DNA from: Balanoglossus misakiensis
Lineage: Eukaryota > Animalia > Hemichordata
Assembly: GCA_040954595.2 (NCBI GenBank)
Contig: CM082576.2
Location: 1,495,403-1,559,402, forward strand
DNA: 64,000 bases
Direction: 5' to 3'
Shown: piece after piece, positions 49,041-61,421 of the stretch
How the letters are laid out: each line of letters begins with the position of its first letter
Numbering within the stretch: the first letter of the stretch is position 1
Translations under genes and position numbers: made by a program
Notes under the pieces: generated by a model
Seen by the model: only the letters and a program-made list of their open reading frames with translations
The model's database searches: none
Told to the model about the DNA's origin: nothing

Positions 49041-51384
49041 TCATCCTACAACCTGTTTACCTTCTTTGTCGGGATTAACAGAGAACTGAAGATGATCAGG
49101 AAACCTGTGACACTGACAACACGATGGAAATTGTTTACAAGCAGGGTTACAGCATGGTACAGCAAGCGGATCACTCGGCTTTAGGACTTCACTCTTAGAC
49201 CATTCCATGGTTGAAACATGACGTTTGTAAATTTGATGGATCGTCTTCAAAACATCTTTGTGCTTCCTTTCCATGTTCAAATTATACAGTTCTGATGGAT
49301 CACGATGCAAATCAAAAAGAAGTGGCGGATCATGTCTGGTCAGAACTGCAGAGGGGCGACAATCCTTGTCGGCATTTTTTGTACCACCAAAAGAGGATCC
49401 TTCTGTGTAGTAATGTGCTTTGTATTGGTTGTAACGCACTGCATATACACCGACCGATTGAGTTGTCTGTAGCGGATAGTAGAAAAATGTTTCCCTTTGA
49501 GTCTAAAATGGGGGGAAAGGAAAAAAGTCGAAACAATATCATATTCATTAGTGGAAGTTATAAATGTTTTTAAAGTAGTGTTTTTATAAACAAATTTATA
49601 CGATATTCTTCAATATAATCAGCCAAAGGATTTCACGCGTTATGTTAAGCCTACCTTTCCACCATAGAATAATACTTGACTGATATCAAGACCATCCAGC
49701 GTAACACTTGGTAACTGGGCTCCAGTCAGTTTGGCCAGTGTTGGCAACAGATCAAGTGTGCTTGCAAGTTCAGGTGTTCGAATACCAGCTGGTATTTTGC
49801 CAGGCCATGTTGCTATGGCAGGGACACGGTGACCGCCTTCATATGTTGTACCTTTCCCGCACTTCAATAAACCGGTAACTCCACCTTCACTTTGAGCGTC
49901 CAGATCGGGCCTATGTTGTACAAGAGGGGAAAATTAGTCCTACATGCTAACTGTCGTAAGGTACAGTTGTTGATGGAATTCTAATCCCTTTCATTTTTGT
50001 CACTTTCTTGTCATTTTGCTTGTATTAAACCAAGCTTAAACTCACCCATTGTCTGATGAGAAAAATATGAAAGTGTTATCTGCAATTCCTTGTTTGTTCA
50101 GTTCTTCCACGACCTGTCCAACACTCCAGTCAACTTCAGCCAAGGAATCGCCGTATTCCCCTCGTAATGTCGAGTTACGGAACTGCTTCCCAGCAAACTG
50201 AGGAGTATGGGTATGTTGGAATGCGTAGTATAGAAAGAAAGGCTGATCTTTTGAGGCGAATTGTGAAATAAAACTTCTGGCCGCAGTGGCATATCTCTCG
50301 TTGAGATTGACCAAGTTCACTGGTTGTTCAATAATTTTACTGTTATGAAACAATGGACAATTAGGATATTCTGGCTGGCATGGGTCCTGATTGCATGGGT
50401 CGTCTGGCCAATAACATGGTGTAGTACAAGGACACTGGTTCTGGCTGTACGGGATACCAAAATAATTATTGAAACCGAAATTTGCTGGTAAATATTCTTG
50501 TTTCCTTCCAACTCCGAGATGCCATTTCCCAACGATTGCAGTCTGGTAGCCCTGGTCTCTCAGCATTTTTGCGATGGTTATTTCATGTAAGGGCAGGCCA
50601 CCTGAGCTGTCTGGTTTGAATACACCTGGATAAACACCTGTACGGGGTGGTAATCTTCCAGTAAGCAACGATGCCCTTGGGGAGAGGCAGATATACAGAC
50701 AAATGTGAGGCGAGGAAGAATGGATAAATCACAGATTCAGCAACAAAATATTGAATTGCCGACTTTTCTTTAAATCTCGGTCTGACTATTAGTCAATCCA
50801 GCTTTGATTCAGGAATATCGATATATCAGTTATTTCTTGCGAACCAGTTTTGCAGTGCCGTTCCTTGGACTCGCATGGTGGGATTTAAAAACGCACCAAC
50901 GTTTGCCGTATTTGTTGGCCTTTGGGTTACGCCCATCTACACCTTGTAAAATTCACAAGCTTAGATGATCGCCCGGAATTATCGATCGATGATTTCTGTC
51001 TCTTCATGCAACATTTCTTTACATTTTTTCTTTGCATGTTTAACTTTGCCAACCCTGTTTCTAATACATGTAATGACTAATATTAGTATAGCCACGTGCA
51101 TCATACTGCAGACCAATGCTTTTTGCATTAAATAACTCGAACTGAGCTTACCTTGACGGACTACAGAGAGAATTTGTAGAATAAAACTGAGTGAACAACA
51201 TTCCTCTTGATGCTAATCTGTCGATGTTGGGTGTTGAGGATGTTGGGTGGCCATAGCAACTAAGATCACCGTAGCCAAGATCATCGGTGAACAGGATGAC
51301 AATATTTGGTTTCAATGTTGAACAACGTAAAGAAGAAATCCCAAGAAAAAGGGTGAAAATGCGCAGAGGCAAAACTCCTGACAT
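49041..51384 (-). CDS. ARSA: Arylsulfatase A-like, copy C (~526 aa)
   Basis: Exons 51384-51152, 50675-50046, 49910-49655, 49502-49041. Catalytic motifs intact ([30 protein letters not shown]); longer C-terminal tail. Confidence 0.93.
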
Positions 51385-52406
51385 GGTTAGAGTAGAAGAG
51401 TGCGCCCAGACTTAATCTCCAGATCTGCATGCACTCTTGCTGACCAAGGTTCACTTCGTATTTCTGTAATACCTAGCTGTACATCTTTGAATAATTATTG
51501 AAATGAATGCAACTTATCTCTGACAACTCTTTTATTAACATAACCCCGAGGTGAAGCCGGGCAAAACTCTATTCGTTTGAACAACCATTTCTCACGTGGG
51601 AAGTATTGGTATATGAAAGATTAATGGACAAGCATCCACACACCTTGTTTACACACTGATAAAAGTATACAAGTTCACAGCAGTGCACTTGTGAGCCCCG
51701 GTAAAATAAAACCTTTGCTCTAAGTTGGGGTACTGGCCACGATTAGAAATCCAGAAATTATGGGTCATTGAGGTCAAGAGAGTTCAGTAAGGTCATTAAC
51801 AGTCGGAGTCTTCTCAATGATATCTGATGAGACATTCATGCAAAAGAAGGTAGATCTTTACTTGCTGAATGCTGCTCATATTCCAAACAATGAACAGTTT
51901 CAATTGTCCTGGAATTTTACTGTACATGTATACCAATTTCGAGTTAAATCCATTCAGCCATTCTTGAGATTTTGTTTAAGTAACAGACAGAAAATCAGTA
52001 TAACATTAGGAATAGGTGTGAATACGAGAGTTGAAAACGTCCATATCTGTCTTCCATTTCCTTGAGACATACACAATTGAACATTAAGTGCCAACTTTTA
52101 TGTAAATTTTATTTATCTTATAATTCCCATTTCTTGTTACATGCATTTTCCATCCTGTATAAATCCATCATGGTTAAGTAGTTATACTACATTACACAAA
52201 TATATACAAATACATGACCAGGATATATAAAAATTGTATAAAAATTATGAAAATGACAAGAGAATGGAAAGTTCTGATTTTCTTTGAACGAGGAATATGA
52301 AACAATCCCATACAAATCAAACAGATGCAGGTTTTTGTCACTGCGACTGTACACATCCCTCCACACAGGATGGACTGTGACTTGAGCCAAAATGAATCCA
52401 ATCTCA

Positions 52407-54768
52407 TCATGCACATGTACAACATATTGGAAATGGTGAACAGCCAGGTTTACAACATGGCTCCACATCATGTTTCTTGGGCTTTTGAAGTTCACTCTCT
52501 CCCCAAAACAATCCCGCTTCAAATTCCAACTTGATTTCATTAATCTTTGTCAAGATTGTGGCGTATTGAGGATCATTACTTAATGAGTAACTTTCAGAGG
52601 CATCTTCATTTAGATTGTACAGCAAAGGTGGATCGTGGTATGTTGGATTATCTGTTGGTCTACAGTCTTTATCATGGTTTTGTGGACCAGAAGTACCGGC
52701 CCCTTGTGTGTAGTAGTGAGCTTTATACTGCTTGTATCGAATTGCATACACTCCATACTTCGGCAGAGCACCACTGTAGAAATAGAAAAATGTATCTCTT
52801 GGACTCTGAAATAGAAAGAGAGAATTCTTGTGAAGTCAAGTGACAATGCCTGTTTTGAAATTGTGCTTTTAATCTCTGTGATCTTTTTTGATATCTTTAT
52901 TTTTAAGGCTGCGCTAATTCATTATATGTTGGATTAATAAAAGGTTGGTAGCAGATAAATACATCGAGAAGAAACCAACCTTTTCCTGTTGAAAGAGTAG
53001 AGGGCCAATATCAATTCCATCCAGAGTGACACTTGGTAGTGTACCATTCACCAGATTGGCTATGGTTGGCAGGAGATCTAAGGTACTGGCCAATTCCTTT
53101 GTTTTACCAGGTTGTATTTTGCCTGGCCAGTAAGCAATAGCTGGTACACGTTGACCGCCCTCATATGTTGTACCTTTGCCACATTTGAGCAGCCCTGCAT
53201 TGCCACCTCTGGCCTCTCTCAGCAAACTCGGCCTGTAACAAAACAGTAATGCAAAATTAATGTTACAGATACATACATGATTAATATCCTATTCAAGCAC
53301 TGGTTGAGTAGGCCCTCATCTTTCAGTTACATATGCCTAGTAACTACTTTAGAACAACAGTAAATGTAGCAAATGCTCATATTAATTTCAGATGAAAAAA
53401 GTGTATGAATCCATTTACCCATTGTCTGATGTGAAGAACACAAATGTATTCTCTTCCAAATTATTCAGCCTTAGCTCTTCTAGAATCTGTCCAACTTCCC
53501 AGTCTAATTCAGACAAGGAGTCACCAAATGTTCCTCGCAGTGTAGTGTTTCTAAATGCCTTTCCGGCAAACTGAGGATGATGAGTGTGCTGTGTTGGATA
53601 ATACAGAAAGAATGGCGTTCCTGATTTGGCTTTATTTGAGATGAAACTCCTGGCTTCATTGCTGTAGCGTTGTGATATGGTTGTCAGATCAGTAGGTTGT
53701 TCAATAATTTTGTTGTTTCTGAAGAGTGGACAGCTGGTATAGCCAGTATCACATTTATCCCAACATGCATCAGTTGGATAAAAGCATTTCAGACAAGGAC
53801 ACATATCATGAGAATAGGGTATCCCATAATAGTTATCAAAGCCATAGTTGGTTGGTAGGTAGGTATGATTTTCACCGACTCCAAGATGCCACTTTCCAAT
53901 GATGCTTGTTGCATATCCCAGTGGTTTCAGTAGAGCAGCAATTGTAGTTTCATTGTGAGGTAAACCTCCAGTGGACGAAGGAACCAACACTCCCGGATAA
54001 ATTCCAGTTCGTGGCGGCAAACGAGCAGTAAGCAATGCAGCTCTACAGGGGCAAAAGACAACACATAGATGTTATATTTACTGTAAAAATGTAATTTTGA
54101 CTTTCCCATTTTAAGGATAGTTATTGAATGAAAACTTTATGTACATGAGAATACAAAAGGGGGCGTATACGCAGAGGGCACAGGTCATCGGGTACATGCA
54201 TGAACCAGTGCAGTAGAGCGAGTTTCGCATTGCATGCTTTGTCAAAATAGTGGTTTTAAGAATAAAACCTGTTTTTTTATTGAATCATTAGCGTTTGAAA
54301 TGCAGGGTAATGTACATTTCTTTATACTGAAAATCGTAAGAGGTGAATATACCATTACCAGTAACTGGTACTAAAGGGGGCGTGTCCGCAGAGATTGGGT
54401 GGGTACGCGTCTCCTTAGAAGAGAAACCTTCGGTCCCATTGACAATTTTGATGTTGACATGCATAGACCAAGTGCAGGGATGCAGGGAAGCCAAAACTTG
54501 ACATGTGAAATATTTACCTTGATGGACTGCACACGGAATTGGCTGTGTAAAACTGTGTAAACAAAAGACCATCAGCTGCAAGTTTGTCAATGATGGGACT
54601 CACGGATGTAGGGTGACCGTAGCAGCTTAAATCTCCATATCCGAGGTCGTCGGCAAATATTATCACAATATTTGGCTTATTGATCGAACATATTACCAAT
54701 CGGAATACAGAAAACATAAACAGTGCTCGCACTAGCAGTCGACCACAAACTTTAATGTACGCGGCCAT
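52407..54768 (-). CDS. ARSA: Arylsulfatase A-like, copy D (~508 aa)
   Basis: Exons 54768-54518, 54042-53419, 53232-52980, 52805-52407. The ATG lies in an AAGATGGCCGC context; in-frame upstream ATGs at 54798 and 54804 are possible. Catalytic motifs intact. Confidence 0.93.
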
Positions 54769-54998
54769 CTTGTTTGCTTGTAAGGAAAATTTGCGCATGC
54801 CCATTTCTAAGTGTAAGGCCATTTCGGATTGTCCGATTGGTCAATTACCGTGGTCTCTCAAAATAGCCACCAATGGGAAATATGTTTACTTGCAGTGTTC
54901 ATCAGCGACATTCCATGTTTTGGTTGTGAGCGGTGATCGTCCAGGACGTCAAGGAAAGATTACAACACTTGCGAGTTTACAATTCCGTATAATAGGTA
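54769..54998. promoter_or_regulatory. Bidirectional promoter ARSA-D/IFT43
   Basis: Only 230 bp between divergent start codons; CCAAT boxes in both orientations (GATTGG ~54835, CCAAT ~54870); CpG-rich. Confidence 0.7.
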
Positions 54999-57960
54999 AT
55001 GGCTGACGACGATTTTGATTTCGGAACAAAGAAGAGGGTAAGTTTGTCTAAATGACTGAGAATTTAAAGTTTTATCTTCGATGGAAACGTCGTAGATGAT
55101 CATGGCATTCTACGAGTACAAAACCTCATCTGGTGTACATTGATGTAGCTCTAACATTGATGAAGAGTATTGAACATAGCATTAGCAACAATCTACAGTA
55201 CTGCACAACAGTGTAGTATTACCCACACAGCAAACGACATTTATCGCTTGAAAGTTTTGATGGGGCTGAGGCTTCATGTCTCTCATGGCTAAGTTACTAA
55301 GACCATGGAGGTACTAGAGAGAAGGATTCTCTCTAGTACCTCCATGCTAAGACTAAAACTTTACCAAGCTGAATTGATGCTCAAAGTAAAAAAGAATAGC
55401 TTCTAGAAAAGACCCTTGAGGCTTTGTCAAGTTTGTGGTTGTCAAAGATGACAGTCATCTCTCACAAATGCATGGCTGGCATCTGTCTGGTGCTGTCTAG
55501 TTCAATGGTTCAACATTTCAATGTGTAATAATTCAGTGGCGGTCATGTAACTCATCCAAATACATATTCATTTTTCACAAAATGCATCCGCATGTTAGCC
55601 TGATGTCAAGACAGGGCGCAGAGCTCGTCTTCAAGATGACACTCCAAACGGTGACATCACAGCAGACAGTGATGATTTAGCAGTAAGTGAGTCATTGAGG
55701 ACAACATCCACTAACAATGTGAGTTACTTCATTTCATGACTAACATCTCATGTCCTGTCTGTCACAACACTGTGAGTCTTACATTTTACTTCTTTATATT
55801 TTCATTCATGGCCTTTAATATTAATCTCCCATTTAACAGTAAAATGCTCATACCATGCTTGCTTGCTTGCTTGCTTCTTGTATATACTGATTTCTTTTCT
55901 GTCAATGTCATGCAGTACAATACTAGTAATCAAATACGGAATGTGATTTGTATTTGGTATATAGACGGAAGTTTTAGAAATAGCAAAAGCAGTGTTAAAG
56001 TGGCAATCCTATTGTTTACAAATCAGTTTAGATACAAGTGTATAGAAACTCCAAAGATATGTGTGGACCTACATTTGTATGGAATCCAGCTTGGTGCACA
56101 ATGTGTATAGAATCTGACACTCAAGAACATAGTGAAGGAACTGAATCACTGAATGAATCAGATACAGCAATGATGAACTGAGATATTGGCCATTCTAGCT
56201 TTAATTCTCTGTAAATTGTGTCTTTTCCTTTACTTGATAATAGTGACTGTAGTATTACTATTATGATTATTCTCCTATACTCTACACATCTAAATCTTAT
56301 TGTCTGCATTTCTAGTTTTTCTGCTTTGTATGCATATTGCTCATAATTGAACTATGAGTTCGTAATCCAAAGTGTGCCATGATTTTTTGAAAAGTGTTTG
56401 AAACCTTTCTTTTTGTCTGTTACAGTCTTCAGGTGTGCCACCTCGACCATCTCGAAAACAGGGTGGTTGGGCTGATGATACGCCCAAGTCAGCCAAAAAG
56501 GGGTAAGTATGTGTCTCACCTGTACTGTAGTGTATTATTTCCAACCAACCAACCAACAGATTTTGATCTTTAAATATTATGTTATGAGGGTAAGCTATGG
56601 TATGGCTGCTGACCATTCTACTTCAGGTGTGAAATAGTTGTATATGTGTGAATACCTGAATATGTTTTGTCACAGTGTGTCTTGTGTCTAATGTGTCTAT
56701 GTCAACAACAAAACTAATAACACCAACAACCATATGCTGATTGTACTGATTCTTCTCAATTACAGCGGCAAGAAAGGGGAGCAGTTTTATGAAGAGTAAC
56801 TAGTTTTGATTTTTATTCCTCTTAACAATGCAACATGCACCTATCCCCTGGGGATTTCTTTAATTTTGGTGGTGGTGTTATTTTTACTTTTGCTTAAGGG
56901 TGCACCGTCATTGTTTAATTTCACTGTAAGAACTTTCCCTTTTAGGCTCCATACCTTCTGCATGTACTGGTAGCATGCAAGTTCTTTGTCCCATGTCCAT
57001 CTGTGGTAATTCTTTTAAGTAATGCTTGCTCTATAAAGTCTTTGTATTAAAGTGCATTTTGTCATTCAAGTTGTACATTCACAACCTGATTTTCTAATTT
57101 CCTTTTCTGTTTAAGTGAAAGACTCAGGCCAGCTAGCGGCCACAGTCATTCAGGTTCTGATGAAGGTAAGTTGTCCGTGGAAACGCATGTTAAAATACCT
57201 GAAATTCAACATATTGTGAAGAGGTGTGTTGAGTCCAGAGACAGTGATGTACTGAAGTCGGCCGTTTTTGTGACAGTATTGACTTGTTTCTTGCAGAAAT
57301 CCCTGTCATCCCTGATCTTGAGGAATTTCAAGAAGAAGACATGGCTACACAGATTGCAGCGCCCCCTAGTGTTCAAGTCAATAGAGTGGCCACCTACAGA
57401 GAACTAGACAATGATCTTTTGAAACACTCACAGCTTTTGACATTGGTAGGTACTTAAGGAACAGAGTGCATCTTCGCAGATGATGTACAGACAAGAACAG
57501 AGCCAACTTCACCAAATCTATATGTAACCAACATTAATCAGTGGTCACTGTTACAGTGAAGCTTGAAGTGACCATTCTTTGCAGAGATCATCACAAGACT
57601 GCAGACACAAATACTCTGAAATCCCTGCTTCAATAAATCTGCTTCCTACTTTGCAGGGTGTTTTTCCTATTCTATTATTGTGTTGATACCATTTTTAGCT
57701 GAGGTTTCTTTTGTGTGTCACAGCCTTACAATTCACAAATGACAAAAAGAGGTCTGTAAAGTAATAACTCCATTTCTTGTTTATTGCAGGATGGTGAAGT
57801 AGATTTAAAGTTACTGACAAAAGTTCTTGCGGCAGAAACTGAAGTAATTGAAGAAGACAAACCCTGGGACTGGGATCGATTATTTACAGAAGTATCGTCT
57901 GACTTACAAACAGAATGGGACAAAGCAATGCCACAGGAAACAGATGAAAATGCTCTCTAG
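54999..57960 (+). CDS. IFT43: Intraflagellar transport protein 43 (~199-211 aa)
   Basis: Exons 54999-55037, 55599-55682 or 55718, 56426-56502, 56766-56795, 57116-57165, 57297-57445, 57790-57960. Motifs [82 protein letters not shown]. Absent from the ORF track because the exons are short. Confidence 0.93.
55297..55353. mobile_element. 43-bp hairpin mini-element (P-superfamily-like) with 7-bp TSD in IFT43 intron 1
   Basis: CTAAGAC-[CATGGAGGTACTAGAGAGAA GGA TTCTCTCTAGTACCTCCATG]-CTAAGAC: perfect 20-bp inverted repeat, 3-nt spacer, exact 7-bp direct flanks. Confidence 0.8.
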
Positions 57961-58898
57961 CATTCTCACTATTCACATTGGACTTTGATGATAAACTGTC
58001 TGTTGTGTTTAATAGTTAATAGTGAAAATGTGTACAGCACATTGGTGATGTGTTTATGAGACTGGTGGTCTATTTTGTATATATCTGTACAGTGTTTAGT
58101 CCATTGTAGTCAGGTGATATTTGTTTTTCCTTTGAAGTTGAATATAAAATGCTGATTTCTCAAAAGAACAGCTCATACCATATGAGACATGTGTTAGTGT
58201 TTATTACTGTCCCTTGAAATACATTATCATTTATGTTCTTAAATGCACATGCTTTCATCAACAGAGATCATGAAAAGCAGGTGATTTGTTAGACAGAAAT
58301 TTATTGACAAAAAAATCTGGCACTATAAAGGCTTACTTTTAGCAAAAGTAGCCTCTGCTATCACAGTAAACATCTGCCATTGTCAAGCTTACTGAGTGAG
58401 TGCACACAACAAATGCTTATATAATTGTCAAATATGATTTTTATTCACAGAAGATACGTATAAAAATCCTTTTACACTGTCCTTCTCCATGTTACCACAC
58501 TTAGTCTTTAAAAAAAAATTGTTAAAACTTTCAATATATACATTTTTTTCTTCATTTATCATGCATCATAATTCTGAGGATGACAACACACTTCGTATCA
58601 TTTGTTGTCAAGTACAGTTACATAATAGAAACAATATCACTAGTAGTTTGAAAGACACCAAATTTGTATATAATACACAAAACACCACAATGTTACACTC
58701 CACGTGTATGAAGTTCGTTGGTAAAATAACATCACAAATATAGATTTTGTATTTGTACCAATAGTAGATGTTTCTTTCCAAGCTCCAAGCCAGAAAGCTA
58801 CTTCATACACACTATATGAATAACTGGGGAAGTATGCACTGCTGGGTTACTAAGTTTTGTCTAAAAATGTATGTACAATGTCAGGCAGCAAGATGATT

Positions 58899-61381
58899 TC
58901 AGACTGGATTTCCTGGTACTGTTTCCGTGCCTTTTGAGTAGGTATCATTCAATTTTTCAAATACAGGAATGGGTGAAACCAATCCCCGGAACTTCTGTGG
59001 AGAGTGATAGAAATGATAAAAAGGTTAGTAAATTTCACATGATTGAATACCATGGACACAAATAATTTGAACATGCCAGCTCCTACAGATTAGAATCATT
59101 GGCTTAACATTGGCTTATCAGCTACCATCATGTTTTGTTTCTAACTGGGCCACTCCTTGAAATTGGTGACAGCAGACATTGGAGGGCATGGTAAAAGATG
59201 GACCAAATCTAAGGAATAAGTTAGTTCTGAGAATTTGTGTGATGGATAAGTGGTGTATAGTGGAAGTAATAATACTGACATCTACAAAGTCTGCCCGACT
59301 TGTGTTGCTGTCTGACCAATATATTTCTCTCTATAACTACAATAAATTTCATCCTCACCTGATCTGTAATGTGTTGTTCCCAGTCTTCTTCTCGGAAGTA
59401 TCTTGTTCCATATGGGAGATGTCCATATTCAGATGTGGTATGCAGGAGGGAATCATAGGGCACAGATCTTCTGGTGAAAGGTACAAATCTACAAGAAGAA
59501 GATCAATTGATTGTTTTATAATAAAGTGCCAAAGAAAATTGGTCAGATATTCTTAAAGACTTAGACTAAGACCATTATGCTGTACTTACATGTTGTCATT
59601 GACTCTCATCACCCATTCTTTAGCCTTCATAGCCTCTCTGGCTTCTTCCACTGAAGTGAATGATGTTTGAACACGCAGTGTTGGCTGTAATTTCTTGTAA
59701 CGTTGTTTTTGAACTTCAACAGGTGTTCTGAAAGGTCCCTAAATGTTTAGAAAAAACACACAATGGGATGATGAAACATTTGTACGAACCATGACTTAAC
59801 AATTTATGGAAGTCAAGTAATACAAGTAAACGTAAAATCAAATCAAATGAAATTGAACTTTACCTGCAATTTTTGTCCAATGGGTGGAAGTGGTTCTTTC
59901 AATGGCAATGGTGGACTCTCAGGGATAATGATACCTGATCTATGTTCACGTTTTGGTTTGGGTTTATCTGGGGGTCTTGGCTTTACACTCCTCAAGATGT
60001 ACTCCATTTCATCAGGGTATGGTTTGAATGGAGAATTGTAAATGCCAGGTACCTGCAAGGTATTCAATAAATACAAGAATGGTTTCAGTGTACATGTGGT
60101 ATTGTTTATACATGTACATGTATTAGTAAAATACATGTATAAACCGCAATGACAACGTGCACTCATTTGATCATAAAATGTAAAATACTTACAACTTCTG
60201 TGCTTATGAGATAATGTTTCCTAGATGCCTCTTCTTCTAATGCTTTCTTTATAGCTTCTTGTTCTTGCAGCTGTCTTTCCATTGATTTCTGTTCTGTATA
60301 TTCTGCAAGTTCTTTCCTATAATTTCAATTGATCCAATTCATTTCAATAAACAACTGTGCACAAAAATACATTGTTTATATTGAATTATTTACATGCAAT
60401 TTTGTAGATGGAAATTATTCTAATATTTGTTAATGTATTAGGCCATCGCTTCGATAATTGTGTTTTCTCTCAAATATATTCTAACTTACCTGACAATACT
60501 GTTTTTAATCATAAGTCCCTCAAGATATTGTTTGCGACTGTAATAATTGTGAATGTATTTCCTTGTGTAGTATCCTCTCCATATCTTTTGAATCTGCAGA
60601 TTTAAATGAGTAACATAATTTTATTGTAATATATATCTGTTCAAGTAACTCGTACAGGTTGTTGATGTTTCTATTTGTGTACAATGCTAAATTGGTAAAA
60701 AATTATTAATTCAGCTGAGACACTATATGATTAAACCTCTGAAATATCACTGATTTTGACGTTATTTCACACATTTCAATGTACATACACAGAAAACAAC
60801 ACACAGAATTTCAGGATCAAGCCAGTATCTGGGTATGATCAGTACTTACCTTTGTTGCCATCGCATTGTAATAATTCAGTCTCATTATCATGACTTGAGC
60901 CTTTATCATTTCTCTGTACACCGCTCTGCCTAAAAATCCCCTCCATAATTTTTGTAGTATTGTGGCACATCTGTTCAGATATTTGATATACGCTCTAACC
61001 CTGGCTCCTCGAAACCATGCTTGTATCCGTAGGGATGCATCGAATTCTCTATGCCGCTGCTCTTCTGCTATTCTGTAAAATTTTAAGATGAAAAGTTGGT
61101 TGATTTTTTCAATATTTACATTCAATTTGTGATCTTTTTAAACCAAAATTACCCTTATTTACTTTCCATGATGATGCCATGTCGATCATTTTGTTCTCAC
61201 CTGCGGCTGAGCAAGAAGTGTAACAACCGCCACGATTCTTTATTAAAAAAGACGGAGAAATTATTTGAATATGATATGCAGAGTAGTTTACTTTGATTTA
61301 CGAAAATACTTACTTGTTTCGATCGAAAACTTCTCCTACGACGGTGGAGCTTTGATCTAGGATCCTTACGACCGTCGCCAT
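58899..61381 (-). CDS. SPATA17: Spermatogenesis-associated protein 17 (IQ-motif protein, ~360 aa)
   Basis: Exons 61381-61314, 61072-60850, 60593-60490, 60316-60193, 60052-59864, 59738-59590, 59488-59359, 58994-58899, phase-consistent. Three IQ motifs (IQAWFRGARVR, LQKLWRGFLGR, IQKIWRGYYTR), HYLISTEVVPGIYNSPF and QGPFRTP..VQKQRYKKLQPTLRV. Confidence 0.92.
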
Positions 61382-61407
61382 TTTGATCTCATCGTATTTA
61401 CGTTTCA

Positions 61408-61421
61408 GTTCCTATGGTTAC
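61408..61421. promoter_or_regulatory. RFX X-box in the SPATA17/GPATCH2 divergent promoter
   Basis: GTTCCTATGGTTAC, 27 bp upstream of the SPATA17 ATG; a promoter-proximal position is typical for ciliary/flagellar genes. GATTGG at ~61644. Confidence 0.65.

Noticed and set aside
51690-52030. Possible interspersed repeat between ARSA-C and ARSA-D (GGGTCATTGAGGTCA..., GTATACCAATTTCGAGTTAAATCC...)
   Set aside because: It resembles common invertebrate non-autonomous repeats, but no termini, TSD or second copy could be shown in this window.
43313-54768. Possibility that some ARSA copies are pseudogenes or bacterial horizontal transfers
   Set aside because: All four splice into full open frames with catalytic residues, spliceosomal introns at shared positions and the animal ARSA Cys-rich tail.
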